A DNA stretch of 64,000 nucleotides. Origin: Cirrosporium novae-zelandiae (taxonomy: Eukaryota). The stretch covers positions 124,001-188,000 of the forward strand of contig JAPETS010000001.1 of NCBI GenBank assembly GCA_026023565.1, written 5' to 3'. The notes beneath the pieces were generated by a model. It was not told the DNA's origin. It was given only the letters and a program-made list of their open reading frames with translations, and searched no databases. Within the stretch, counting starts at the first letter, position 1, and every line of letters starts with the position of its first letter. A program made the translations under genes and the position numbers. This document shows, in pieces, positions 13,506 through 26,511 of the stretch.

Positions 13506-14781
13506 CTACTTCCAAAGCTTGCCCAAACTGACTTCCTTGTCGTCATGTTTATTCAGTACCTTTGCGGTTGCGAGGTCGAAATCTTCTTGGGTAACGTGGA
13601 CTCTTCGTTCTCGAAGGGCGTACATTCCGGCTTCGGTGCAGACGCCCTTGAGTTCGGCGCCGGAGCAACCGTTCATTTTTTCTGCGATTTTGGTGAGGTT
13701 GATACCTCTGGTTAGGTTCATGGAGCGGGAGTGGATTCGGAGAATGTCAGCTCGGGCTTCGACGCTGTTGGAGGGTTAGTTGTGCTATTAAAAAAAATAT
13801 GGCAACGGGAATGTCTCACGTTGGTGGGGGGAATTCAATTTTCCTGTCAATTCGACCCGGTCGAAGAAGAGCGGGATCAAGTATATCGAGACGGTTCGTT
13901 GCCATGATGACCTTGATGTTCTTGGTAGGTTCGAAGCCGTCCAATTGGTTGAGAAGTTCCAACATCGTTCGTTGGACTTCAGAGTCACCGCCACTACTTC
14001 CTTCCACTCTACTTGATCCAATACTATCAATTTCGTCCATAAAGATGATACTGGGGGCGTGTTCTCTAGCCATGACGAAGAGTTCACGAACCATTCGACT
14101 ACCTTCTCCAATGTATTTCTGAACCAACTCGCTGCCGCTAACCCGAATAAATTTACAGGCGGTATGATGCGCAACGGCTCTTGCTAGCAAAGTCTTTCCG
14201 GTTCCTGGAGGTCCGTAGAGTAGTACACCCTTAGGTTGAGATATGCCCAACGATTCAAAGAGCTCAGGATGTTTCAAACCAAGCTCGATAACTTCTTTAA
14301 TTTCTTTGATTTGTTGATCCAATCCACCAATCATGTCATATGTACTGTCTGGGACCTTTTCCACCATCATGAGCGAGACAAGAGGATCAACCGAAGATGG
14401 AAGCATTTTCTCGAGCTTGTAGGAATCCGAGAGGAGGGACACCCGTTTCCCGACAGTGAGCTTTGTTATATCAATGCCATCTGCTATATCGACGACTATA
14501 GGATATATGATTAGATATTGCTAGGTGCCAGATGTATTATGCTCACCATATTTGCCTTCCGGATGAACCTTTACCAGCACTTTCTTAGTTCCCATTACCT
14601 TGACCACTTCTCCAACATATGACCCTGGTTGTTGCAAAAGTCCCAATTCCTCTCTCAATAATCGAACACGTGAGTTGTAATCATTACGTTGAGCTTCAAG
14701 TCGTCGTAGTTTTGCTTGACCTTGTATGATCTCGAGCTTCATGCTCTCAATCTTATTTTGGAAGAAATTATCGAGGGCCAT
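13506..14781 (-). CDS. RPT6: 26S proteasome AAA-ATPase regulatory subunit 8 (Rpt6); introns 14496-14546 and 13765-13819
   Basis: [37 protein letters not shown]-terminus; Walker A GPPGTGKT; Walker [35 protein letters not shown]-terminal SLGKLWK; canonical splice sites. Confidence 0.97.
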
Positions 14782-15526
14782 TTTTGGTGTGGACGCAAGA
14801 GAGGAACCAAAGGGCAATGTTTCAGGGGGATACAAGGTTAGAGGCGTTAATATGGAGGATATATTGGATATGTTGAGGTTGAATTAATAGTTAATAGATC
14901 CAGACGTACTTGTAAGCAGCTCTGTTGTCGTACACTTCAGATGTTGAAGTGTTAAAGCCACAATTTCAATTTCAGCCTCAAACTATCTAGCCACACTGAT
15001 ACTGTATCAAGAGTCGGAGTTCAGATGATGTCTTGTAATGTACTAAGTAAAACAGGTAAGATTAATTACCAACATAATTACGCAAGTTTGCATAAGATTT
15101 AAACTAAAGGTTCCACAGCTCTTAGATGGATTAGGAATAGATAATGGTTCACTAGACTAGGGAAAGACAAAAGGAGCTCCCATGACAAAATAGTGTGATA
15201 GTGTGGTTAGAAACATGAAGTGCCTGCGCATAGGACGGTTGTTTATCTACGCCATGCCACATTATGATTTTGTGTAGAAAGTAGATTAAACAAAAAAGTC
15301 AAGATTTTCTACTTTCCCACTTCAGAATTTTACTATGAATCGGTCTCTTTTTTCTCTTTCTTCCTGTTAAATCTTTCCACAACCCAAGGGTTCAGTATTC
15401 TGCCCTTCTAATCTCCTCTCGCCCTTAATCTTCATTCTGCCTACCTTTTATAAACCTACGCTTGATGCGAATCTCCGTCTCAACGTTAGCCTCGCGTAGG
15501 CCTTCACAAATTCACCAAAAATAATA

Positions 15527-18500
15527 ATGGATTCTGGTGGTGATCCCAAAAGTAGCTGGACAGAAGCCTCTTCTTCCAACCCGCCTCCCATAGAAAGGAG
15601 ACATAGCCGTCGCGAAACGGCGCAAAGTCACGTTGCTGAAAGCCCGAACCAACCGCAGCGCCCTAGGAACCATACAGCAAGTACATATGGTAGGAAATAA
15701 ATAATAAATCTGCGCATTTGTCTTCAAAGTTTCTAAGTGACTTCAGGTTCGGTCGGTGCATACGACAATGTCTCCGGACAACCCAGTGCTGAGGGAAGCG
15801 GAACCGCTCCTCAGTCACCATATCCTAAACCTTCACGATCCCGCGAATCTTCTACAAGCCATCCGAGACAATCTGCTACACCTGAGTTTGGACCAGTGAA
15901 ACAATCCAAGAAGCCTTTAATGAACCGACGAATCTCAAAATTACATGTTCCCCACAAAGGTCAAGAATTTTCGGTTGATGATGCTCCTGGGGAGTTTGAG
16001 AAGGATTTGCAGCTTCATAGGCAAACGTCTTCGGTGAAGGCGGCTTCAGGATTTGGTGTACCTCTTCGGAGAGAGCCGTCTACTTTGAGACGGAGACCTA
16101 CCGGACAGCCAGCTCCAGGTCTACCCCGTGTGGATTCCCAAGAAGAGGAAGAACAGCAATCGGAGCGCCGTGAATCAACCGAAATCCAAGGGAATGAAGT
16201 ACAGCCTTCCTCTGGAGAGGAAACAATTACAGCAGCCGAAGAGGAATCGCCCCTCGAAGACGATGCAGATGTTAGCGATGCGGAAAGTTTCACTCTAAAA
16301 GATAGACAAGAGGCAATCAATACGACGCATCCTTTTGGTATAAGAATCTGGAAGCCTGCATTGTACAAGAAGAATCGATCTGTTCAGAGAACTGCCGAGG
16401 GAGACATCCACTCATCCCCTGGCGGGAGAGTAAGCAAATGGTTGTGGTTTTTCAACTTCTTATGGTCTGTTTTATTTGGATGGTGGCTTGCATTGGTGAT
16501 TACGTTCTCGGCCTTGATATGCTTCTTAGCCGCTTTTAGTCCAGGGGCTACGGACTATGGAAGGGTGTTCTTAGGTTTGGCCAAATATATTCTGTATCCT
16601 TTCGGCCAGTTTGTGAGATTAGACACCGATGAAGCATATATGGAAGAGGATGAAGGCGAAGGACGAAGCATCAGTGAATATGAACGCTGGCAGACAGGTG
16701 ACCTTGAAGACGGACGACTCTTCTTTGGGCCAGTGGTCGGCAGGAGAAGAAACAGTGTAGACTCTGCGAGTGAGCACGATAGTCTCCTAGGAAGAAGCAG
16801 GATAGGAGATGGGGATGACCATATCGATCGACCCAAGAGCAAGCGCAGATTCTTTGGCAGAGGTGAATGGACTCTAGCAAGAGTAGTCTTTTATCTATTG
16901 TTCTACGTGCTGGTTGCCCCTTTTCTGCTTCTTGTCTCTGGGCTTTGCTGGCTAATGGTTTTCTGGATCCCAATGGGAAAAGTTACCATAATATTGTTCC
17001 GACATTTACGTCGTCATCCTTTGGCTCTATCATTTCATACCGATGCTACATATTCCAGACAGCGTTCAACCCCTACCTCATCAATTCTGCTTTGCACATA
17101 CCGAGCAGTTGGTTCAAGATATTGGAAGTACACCGTGGATGGGACAAACATCTTCCTGATTAATCTTCTCAGTGTTGTCTTGTTCACCATCTTTGATTAC
17201 TGGGTGTTGGATGTTTCTCTAGGGATAAAGTCATGGGTTACCAACCCTGGTTTTGTCTTCACGTTGGCGCTGTTCTCCGTTACTCCTCTGGCATACTTTA
17301 TTGGACAAGCGGTTGCTTCCATATCTGCTCAGTCGTCTATGGGACTGGGGGCGGCCATTAACGCATTTTTCTCCACTATAGTTGAGGTATTCTTGTACTG
17401 TGTGGCATTAAACCAGGGCAAATCGCAACTGGTCGAAGGAAGCGTCATCGGCAGTATATTTGCGGGTATTCTGTTACTCCCTGGAATATCCATGTGTTCT
17501 GGGGCTATCAAACGGAAAACACAACGGTTCAATGTCAAATCTGCTGGTGTCACGACAACCATGCTTCTTTTTGCCGTCATTGGAGCGTTTGGTCCAACAT
17601 TATTCTATCAAATCTATGGAAGCGTAAGTTTGAACACCCACTCATCAGCATATGCTAACAGTCTTCAGCACCAATTGAATTGTCATGCATGCACCGTTAC
17701 TTCTGATGTCACAAACCGTGACTGCCGTCGTTGCTATTACTCCCAGACCCCTGCTATCAACGACCGCTTCTTTATTGAGGCTGTCCAGCCCTATTGCTTC
17801 TTTGCGGCTGTCCTTCTCTTCCTCTCCTATCTCATCGGTCTCTGGTTCACCCTCCGAACACATGCTGCAACAATCTGGAACAGTGAAGCCGATGAGAAGA
17901 AAGCTCAGGGGCATGAGATGTATGAATCCCGAAATGAAGGTGGAAGTCTCATCGAAGGCTTGGGTAACTCGTCCATTAGACACAATTCACTTCGTGAATC
18001 TCAACTTTATAAGCGCATCCTAGGCAACTCTCTCAAACAGATTAGTCTCAACAATCCTTCTATGGGCGGTGAACTCTCTCGTCAAGTTACCTCAACATCA
18101 ACCAATCAACCTCCCTACATTGTCCCACCAAAGACCGGCGACGACAGCACTAAACCCACCGAAGACAATACCTCCCAAAGAGGCTTCCACATTGCTGGTC
18201 TCTCTGACGAGGAAAATCGTCAATTAATCCGCCAGGTGACGGAGATTGCTGCCACCGCCGCAACAGCAGCAGCCCGAGATATCACTCGCGCTCCAAAGAA
18301 AACGGCTGCAATGTCACAAGTACCTGCTGATCTCACTCTCACCAAGACATCTACTCATCGCACTGGTACCACACCTGGCTTGGCTGAGCATGACGATCCG
18401 TTAGCGGCAGAAGCGGCCGCAGTTGGTCAGAGCGGCGGCCATGATGCACCAAATTGGAGTCGAACAAAGAGTAGTGTAATTCTATTGGGAGCGACCATCT

Positions 18501-19111
18501 TGTATGCGATCATTGCAGAGGTTCTTGTTAATACGGTGGATACGGTGCTAGAGAGTGTTGATATTGATGAGAAATTCCTCGGAATCACCCTGTTTGCGCT
18601 TGTTCCCAACACAACGGAGTTTTTGAACGCCATTTCATTTGCCATGAACGGCAATATTGCCCTGAGTATGGAGATTGGTAGCGCATATGCTCTACAGGTA
18701 TGTTTGCTACAGATTCCTGCTTTAGTGTTGTTTTCGGCGGTTCACGAGCGTTGGCTTGATCCAACCGAACTTGTGAGCCACACATTCAAGTAAGTCTAAA
18801 CCCGCATTTTCGTTATTTAAGAATAATTCTCACAAGTCGCCATTAGTCTCCTCTTCCCACAATGGGACATGATAACCGTGATCCTATGTGTTTTCCTCCT
18901 CTCATATATGTATGGCGAAGGTAAATCAAACTACTTTAAAGGAAGTATTCTCGTTTTGACATATCTGGTTGTCATTATGGGATTCTACTTTTCCGGATAT
19001 AGTCAGGATATTGAAACCATGGCTGCAAGCAGGTTTCCAGAAGTGCCAGTTTCGACGGTCAGAGAGGACTTTTGGACTGTAGGGAGAGGTGTGAATGGGA
19101 GAGCGTTTTGA
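15527..19111 (+). CDS. VNX1: Vacuolar cation/H+ exchanger, CaCA/CAX family (Vnx1-like); introns 15690-15746, 17624-17668, 18790-18846
   Basis: TLKDRQEAINTTHPFGIRIWKPALYKK, a YccF-like hydrophobic region, alpha-1 repeat (AAINAFFSTIVE..VEGSVIGSIFAG), alpha-2 repeat (ALVPNTTEFLNAISFAMNGN) and EGKSNYFKGS. The upstream ATG exon at 15527 splices in frame. Confidence 0.9.
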
Positions 19112-20334
19112 TGGGTCATTTGGAGTGAAAACCCGGATTAATTTTAAAAAGGCGAGGTTGAATGGACGCGTTTGAGGCACATGGGGTCTTTTCAGTACCG
19201 ACATCAAAATTAATCAACACTGAAATCTCATACCGCGGGGGGTGGAGTAGAGCGGAGTGGAAGCAGAGAGCAGAGAAGGAAAAAAGCGACAGACGAAAAC
19301 CACCACACCTTCCATCGTACATGTACAACCAACTTGTACAGCCATCCACCCATCTCTAATCAGCATAGCACAGCGCAGGCGTTTTGTTTCTTGCTTACTT
19401 ACTTTACATAACATTACCACCACCACAAGTCACAACCCGAGTCGAATTCAAGTCGAGTCGAGTTAGTTTAGTTAGCTGTTAGTTTACACACCTAACATGG
19501 ACCTCCATTCAGTCATTTCCTACTTTTTTTCTCTTCTCTTCGTTCCTTTGCTTTTCTTGACTACTTGACTTGGGGCTTCCTCTTTCTTCCAGGAAGAAGA
19601 AGAGTTCCGTATAGATGGGATGGATTGATGGACAGGTGAATGGATCGATGAACAATTAAACCAAGTAGTAAAAAAAAAATTTCTTTTTTATTTCATTTCG
19701 AACCTAAGAAGGAAGGAAAAGGGAGGAGGAGAGAGGGGATATTTGTTTTAACATTAACCATTAACTATTAAATGTTTTGGGTTTTGTGTATTGGAATTTA
19801 TTGTTTTTTTTTTCTTTTCTTTTTGATAAGGTGTATGTATGATAATTAATGTTTGTCATGCCATACCATGCCATGCTATACTATACTACACTATACATGA
19901 TTTGGGGATTAATTATTGTATTAGGTATTGTGCCGAATAAAAGAAAAGAAAAAAGGGCTCTTGAGATTTGGAGATTTGGAGATTTAAAGATGGGGGAATG
20001 TGGGAGTGGTGAATGGTGAATGGTGAATATGGTGAATGATTGCCCCTTTTTTTGGGAGGGAGGGGAGGGGGGGGTGAAGGGTGAAGGGTGAAGGGTGATT
20101 GGTATCTACCTATTCATAGACCATGATGGGTAAGGTTGGGTGGATAATCTATCTAAAGTTGTAACCAACCTACCTATCTCCTCTCATTTTATATTCTTCC
20201 CTCCTCCTCCTCCTCCTCCATCCATCCACCCTCTACCCACCAGGAAAGCAAACCAACCAGTCGGTCAGTTAAATCCAATATCAAAACCAATATCTCAAAA
20301 AAAAAACAAAAAAAAAAACTCAGGTAGGAAAATT

Positions 20335-20335
<1 letters not shown>

Positions 20336-20393
<58 letters not shown>
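20336..20393. repeat. (AGT)n microsatellite, ~19 units
   Basis: Perfect trinucleotide run visible directly. Confidence 0.95.
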
Positions 20394-21392
20394 TTGAAGT
20401 TTGGGGTTTTTGGGATTCAAGGGGTTAGGTAGGGATGAAGATAGAAATATGATTCTTTTTTTTATTCTTTATTTTTTTTTTATAACCCCCCCCCCCTCCC
20501 CCCTTTCTTTCTTTCTTTTTAGTTTTGTAAAAGATAAAAGGGTCGATAATATCTCTTTAAGTTTAAGTATATATTTTTATATCTACTATGGATTAGCTTG
20601 TCAATTCCTTATTTCATCCTTTTTTTTTTTTTCTTTTAATCCCTCTATTCTTTCTATCCCTCTACCCACCCACCAACCCACCAAGCTAGCCAAACTCCAA
20701 ACAAATAAACCCATTAGCAAAAAAAAAGAAAAAAAAAAAGAGGGAAAAACTTTGATAGAAAGACGGATAAAAATGGATAGGTAAATAAATAAATAAATAG
20801 GTGGAGAAGTAAAGAAGTAGAGAAGTAGGGGGTTTGGGGTCTGAGGGGTTGGGGTTGGAATTGGAGATGAGAGATGAGAGATGAGACGAGAAAGAAGGCG
20901 GAGGGTCCTATATTCCCATTCTTCTCTCCATATCCCTTATCTTTTATGTAACTAATCCCCCCCCCCCCCCTTTTTTTTTTTCTCTCTCCTTTTCTTTTAT
21001 TTTCTCCCTCACTTTTTTTTTTGTTACCAAAAGTTACAAGTAATTACAAGTTATTTACCAAGAGACAGAAAAAAAAAAGGGGGGGGGGAAAGTACGGCCT
21101 TCCCCTCCTTTAAGGATGAATGAATGAATGAATGTGATTGTTTGTTTTTTTGACAAGATATGTGTGTGTAATGCATGTGATAATTTATCTATACAACGTC
21201 CATGTTTTTGTTTTTTATTTTATTGCAATGGATTTGATTTTTTGCTAAGAGAATGGAGACCAAATACTACTCGATTATTCTTTTTGTTCTTTTCCTTTGA
21301 ATTTCAACTTTTTGAAAATGACCCGAGCCAACTCTCGGGATTGGGGAGCAAGGAGTGTCCAGACAAAAGACATTTATTAGAAACATCATCCG

Positions 21393-23260
21393 CTAGACTT
21401 GCACGTTGTCATCTGGCTTCAGCATGGCTAACGCCACCTGCAAATGTTCGGTGCCCGCACGCCAGCTTCAAGCTCGCCAACGTAACCCCACTCGTCCTCC
21501 AACTTTTCCATATAATTCCAAAGTTCAAACCGATCCAACAACCCAGGCGTGATGTGCGCTCGAAGCTTCGCCGACAATATGGAACTTGGAATCAGCCGCG
21601 GGGCGTGATAGATATGGATACAGGTTCTTGAATTGGTCTGGTCCGAAAAGAGCGAAAGCGCCGGCAGTTCTAGGGTCGTGTGAATAGGACCATGCGTGAT
21701 GGGTGATATATGTATTTGCGATCCTTGAGCGTATCTCAGGAAGCGATAAGCCCTCGAAATTATTCTCATGGGGCTTTGCAAGATCATCAAACATGAGCTG
21801 GAGGAGTTCTTCCTCACCACTCGGTGAGTCAGGCTTGATAAGCGAGCCAATCCGCGTTGCATCTTGAGACCATGTATACGAGCAGAGAAGCACGGCCGTG
21901 TCTCCATCGCTGTCCTTTAGGTTGTAGGATGGGTAGACGCACGTGCGGAGCGGGAGATCCGTCGAGGCGACACCCCCGCTTCTGATCCCACAATCCTTGA
22001 TCCACCATGGGTACTTGAATTTGATAGCCACTTTGGCACTGTCGTCATAATGCAGGCAACGAATGGCATCTTTTTGACTTGGATGGAGCTCCAAGTCCCT
22101 AGATCCATATGTTGAAGGCAGCCTAAGCTTGTGGTATTGAATACGGTAGTGTAAGGCGTCCGTGAGTGATCTTCATTTGCGCATTGAACCACTATGTTTT
22201 CATTTCCGCTGATGCTTCTATCGATTGCAATCTTTGACACACATTTACCCACTTGAACGTTTTCCTTGATTCGAGCCTTCATTGCTTCGGCAACCAAGGA
22301 CGCTCCTCCATCAATACAACACCAGTCCATATGCCCAGTGTCTCCCTCGGGGGGGGGGGGGAGAAATCGAACGAGTCAATCACACTCTCCGAAAAGGCTT
22401 GATCAAAAAGACCGCTGGATGTATTAACTGTCTCCATCCATTGAATAGAGAAGAAATCGTATCCCATCCTTTCTCGTAGATACTGTCGAGTACTATACTG
22501 GTCCTGCTTGAGAAGGAGTTTGAAACCGGTGCCCCAGTCCTCTTGCAAGGCGTCCTTATATTCACCGAAGGCTTCGTTCAGAATCATATCAACCCCTTTT
22601 TGGATGATCTAGTCGGGTACGCTGCCACCATTTGACTTGCCCACGCGATAGATATCTTCATGCGGCCGATCATCTTCAATGACAGTAATGTCGTTGTACC
22701 TGCTTGGGCATCTAACAGTCCCATGGTTCAAGTAATACGGAATCAACGGAACACCAAGATGTTTGAATAGTTTGAACGTTCTGTCCATAATCTCCAGTTT
22801 GGGAAATCTCATCGCACCTATGTCGTAATAGTCGTGTGGTTTTTCTGAGAAGTAGTGGGATTTTAGGCGACCGCCGACTCTATCTGATCCTTCCAGAATG
22901 TCGTAGGAGAGACCTGGGATTTTAAGACTATCCAAGATCATCGCGATATATAAACCTGCGACTCCGGCTCCAACAATGCAAAGTCGATAGTGGTCTAGGG
23001 GGTGGCTAGGTGCTATAATATGACCTCGCCTACCATCTGATAGCCTGCGATCTTCAGGTAGGTTATTTGGTGTGTGCCAGGAACCCTCGGGAGGAGGCGG
23101 CAGTAGTGGTTGTAGTTCGCCCGAAAGAGGCATTATTTTATTGTGTTCTTCCAATTTATTCTACCCGGGAGCAAGCTTCTCCCTGACCAGGGCTCGAGCC
23201 CAACGAGCGTGGTAAGATAAGTTATCATTTATAATGATGACGATGACCTTAGGAAGATTG
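21393..23260 (-). pseudogene. Flavin-dependent amine/L-amino-acid oxidase pseudogene
   Basis: CIVGAGVAGL, EGSDRVGGRL, YYDIGAMRFP, WCCIDGG, STDLPLRTCVYPSY, SYTWSQDA, AGAFALFGPDQF, VGEASSAHHAWVVGS. Lesions: in-frame TAG at 23161-23163 and 22609-22611, frameshifts at the G13 run 22349-22361, ~22097 and ~21457, and an apparent deletion at ~21533. The 5' end is approximate. Confidence 0.88.
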
Positions 23261-23836
23261 GGGGAGCGTGGTGCAGGAAATTGAGAATTAGAAACCGAAG
23301 TACTCTTTCAACATTCCCTTTGACGGAAGAAGTACTGGCTCAGTACGCTTGAAAACCGACCACCTTATATAACGCAACTAATCCTAGAGCTGGATAACGA
23401 CCTTGGGAGTTTTGGTCATTTCACCAAAATTTGGTCCTTGGAGTTACAAACCCAAATATGCAGTTGCCCACCAACGACAACGCAACAGCAGTACTTATCT
23501 ACCCCTTGCAAGATGAAATGCTCTAGAAAGGGGTCAACTTTAAGGCAAGTGATCACCCTGGCCGGGGGGAGGGGGAAGTTCAACTTATTAGCACCATTCA
23601 TTGGACGCAAATTCATATTTCTCCCAGCCAACTTGTATGATGATATTCTTTTCCATGATTTTTTGAGAGCCTTTGTCAACCCTTGCGAGCCTCATACCAA
23701 TTTCGTGCTTGCCTGAGAAGTTAGTTGGTAAACTGATCAAAACCCGACACGACACACTCACACAAAAGAATCTACAGGTTGTTGCATCTATTTTTGCTCC
23801 AACAAACATCTTAAACTGTGACCTTTTTTTTTCACA

Positions 23837-24894
23837 ATGAGTGCAATGAGTGCAACCACCGTGTATGATGTTATTGTTGTGGGAGGCGGTCCGGTTGGAC
23901 TCGCTGCGGGTTATGAAATCGCCAAAGCTGAAAAGTCTGTGCTGGTGTTGGAGCAATCTAATTTCTTTAACCAGGCAGGAAGTTCCAATGATATGGGACG
24001 CATGTTCCGCACCATGTAAGTGGAACAAGCGGGTGGTGTGATTATGGCTCTCCGTGTTAACGAGGATAAAAAAGGTATACAGAAGATTTTATGGCGGACT
24101 TAGCATACCATGCCATGGAAATCTGGCACGAGCTGGAGAAAGACGCTGGCACTTCCCTACAGCTGATGTCTGGATTACTCAACTTTGGTGACAAGGACTA
24201 TGGTGGTGATAGTCCAGAAGGTGAAAAAAACACTCTTTTTCATCTTTACCCGGATTTTTGGTAGTTCCCCTGACCTGATGGGAAACAGGCACTTTGATGG
24301 GGCCCGTCCCGAATCTAGAACGCTTGAAAATGGAGTATAAGAAGTGTAAGTAATTAGGCATTTTTATGCAACCGCTAAGTCGATTGCTAAATTACACGGG
24401 CAGTGTCTGCGGAACAAATCGAGAAGCGATACCCATTCAAAAACTTACCCAAAGATTGGATCGGACTTTTTGCACCTGACAATGGAATTATAAATGTCCA
24501 ACTCTTGCTTCGAACTCTATCCCGTCTCGCGAAGGACTATGGTGCCAGTACCCAGCAATATGTAGAGGTAAAAAAGCTTGTTCCAGTTAGCGAGCTTGAC
24601 GAGCAAATATGGAGGGTTGAAGCTGTTGAGTCAGGATCTACCCAAGTTGTCTATAAAGCGAAAAAGATTGTGATTACCTCCGGCGCCTATGTTAATCATG
24701 TTCTCAGCCCCAGCTTCAACTTTTCACTAGATCTCGATATATGGGAAATGGTGGCAAGCTACTTCAGTGTAAACGCTGGTCCCAGTGGCACGGTATTTCC
24801 TAGCATGTGGTTTCAATTCTGTCCCGACAATGGTGGCCGGTCACAGTTGTTTTATGGGTTTCCCGCTCTCGAATGGGGACCGCCAAATGTTGCT
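23837..24894 (+). pseudogene. Sarcosine/pipecolate oxidase-like FAD-dependent oxidoreductase, apparently 3'-truncated; introns 24016-24074, 24220-24288, 24346-24403
   Basis: YDVIVVGGGPVGLAAG, LEQSNFFNQAGSSNDMGRMFRTMY, GLLNFG, IEKRYPF..LP....GLFAPDNG, KKIVITSGAY, FYGFPALEWGPP. Family-like sequence stops after WGPPNVA; no C-terminal FAD motif (GxxFKF-like) is recognisable afterwards. Confidence 0.78.
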
Positions 24895-26511
24895 GATTCC
24901 CCCAAAGGCCAAGTCGTTAAGAGTCGTAGTAACTTTAGCCTGGAGGAACAAGGACATGGATCTTCTGTCCGTCGGTCTTATAGCACTTTGTAGAGCTTCC
25001 CGGGGGCAGGAAACCGAAGTGATTCCTAGAAATAACAGGTATCGTCCAATCATTATCATGTCAGGTCTATTCTAGAGGACAGAACTTAATTTGTATGCCG
25101 AATAACATTTATTTCATAAACCCCCTTATATCCATCATGCTTTAAATTGAATTTTTTTCTTTTTCTTTTTTTGTTGATGGTTAGCTGGATGGTAACACCT
25201 TATGTATAATTTGGGATTGCCTAAGTCCTATATCTAAGGTCCCTTGAAGGTTAAAAGTTTGAAGCTGTGTGAATCATTCCCACTCTTCTCCACCCTTTTG
25301 GGAGAGGGGTAGATAATGTAGATGATGTAGAAGGGGAAAGGGAAAAGTAATAGGTTAGAATAGGATCCCCCCCTTCCATCGACTAATGGTAACATAAAAT
25401 TACTTGAAAAAAAATAAAAAATTCATATTATTCATATTTCATATTCACACATTTGACCCACAAAAGTAAACCAGCAAAAAAAAGAAAGAAAGATGGATGT
25501 ACTCTTTAATTTTTTTATGCTTGTTAAGCCTATCTGTTCTTGTTCATTCTGTCTCATTCTATCTAAACACACACACACTGATTCATTACCTAATTATATA
25601 TGCATGCCCTATGCCATGCTCATATGCATGTACGCATGCAAAACTAAAACTAAATTATTTCCCCAGATTTCTAGAGAAAAGAAAGAAACAAAAAAAGAGA
25701 AAGGGAGAGCTCGACTCGCTTTCGTTTATGAGAAACGATGGGTAGGATAGAGATAAACCCCTTTCTTTCTTTCTTTTCCCCTCTTCTCGGTTTTTCTCTT
25801 CCCTTTCTTTCATTCTGGGGTTTTACTACCATTCTCGGATTTCTTGGGGTTTCTTTGCGCTGCCTGCATACAAGCATACAAGCATACATACGAGCATGCA
25901 TGCGTGCGTGCGTGCATTATGTAGGCAACAAGTAAGGGAAAATCTCAACCTCAATCAAAGAATAAGATAAATTAATGTATCCCATCCCTCTCCCACCCCT
26001 TTCCTCTCACGCCCCCTTTGCACCTGAATATATCAAAAAATAAAACGAGGGTATCAAGTGAGCAAGCACAACAACGCAATGCACACACACCACACTACCA
26101 GCAAGGGATGTATGTGTGGAGCGAAAAAAAAACAAAATCGGGGAAAAAATACAAAAAGGAGAGAGAGATAGCGGTCGTAGAAGCACATGCGAAAAAAAAA
26201 AGATTGTTAGCCAGCCACCCAGCACCCAGTTGCAGTCATGGTCGTCGTTAAAAAGGCAAATTCGGTTTAGATAAGTATAAGGAAATAAAAAAGTCATCGT
26301 GTTCAAGTTTCAATATGAAAATAAAAGACCGGATTGGTTTTTGTTTTTTGTGTGGTGTGGAAAATCCTCGATTGATCAAAATAGAGAGGATTCAAAAGGT
26401 TCGTTCGTCAAAAATTTGGTTTGAGCTCGTTCCATGTCAATTCCTATTCGTTTTTCCCTGGTTGTGTGCGGGTAGTAAGTAAGTCCGCATTTTGCGTCCA
26501 TGTCCATGGCA

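Noticed and set aside
22609..23163. In-frame TAG codons in the oxidase as recoding (stop readthrough or alternative code)
   Set aside because: Independent frameshifts and a deletion are present, and TAG terminates normal genes in this window.
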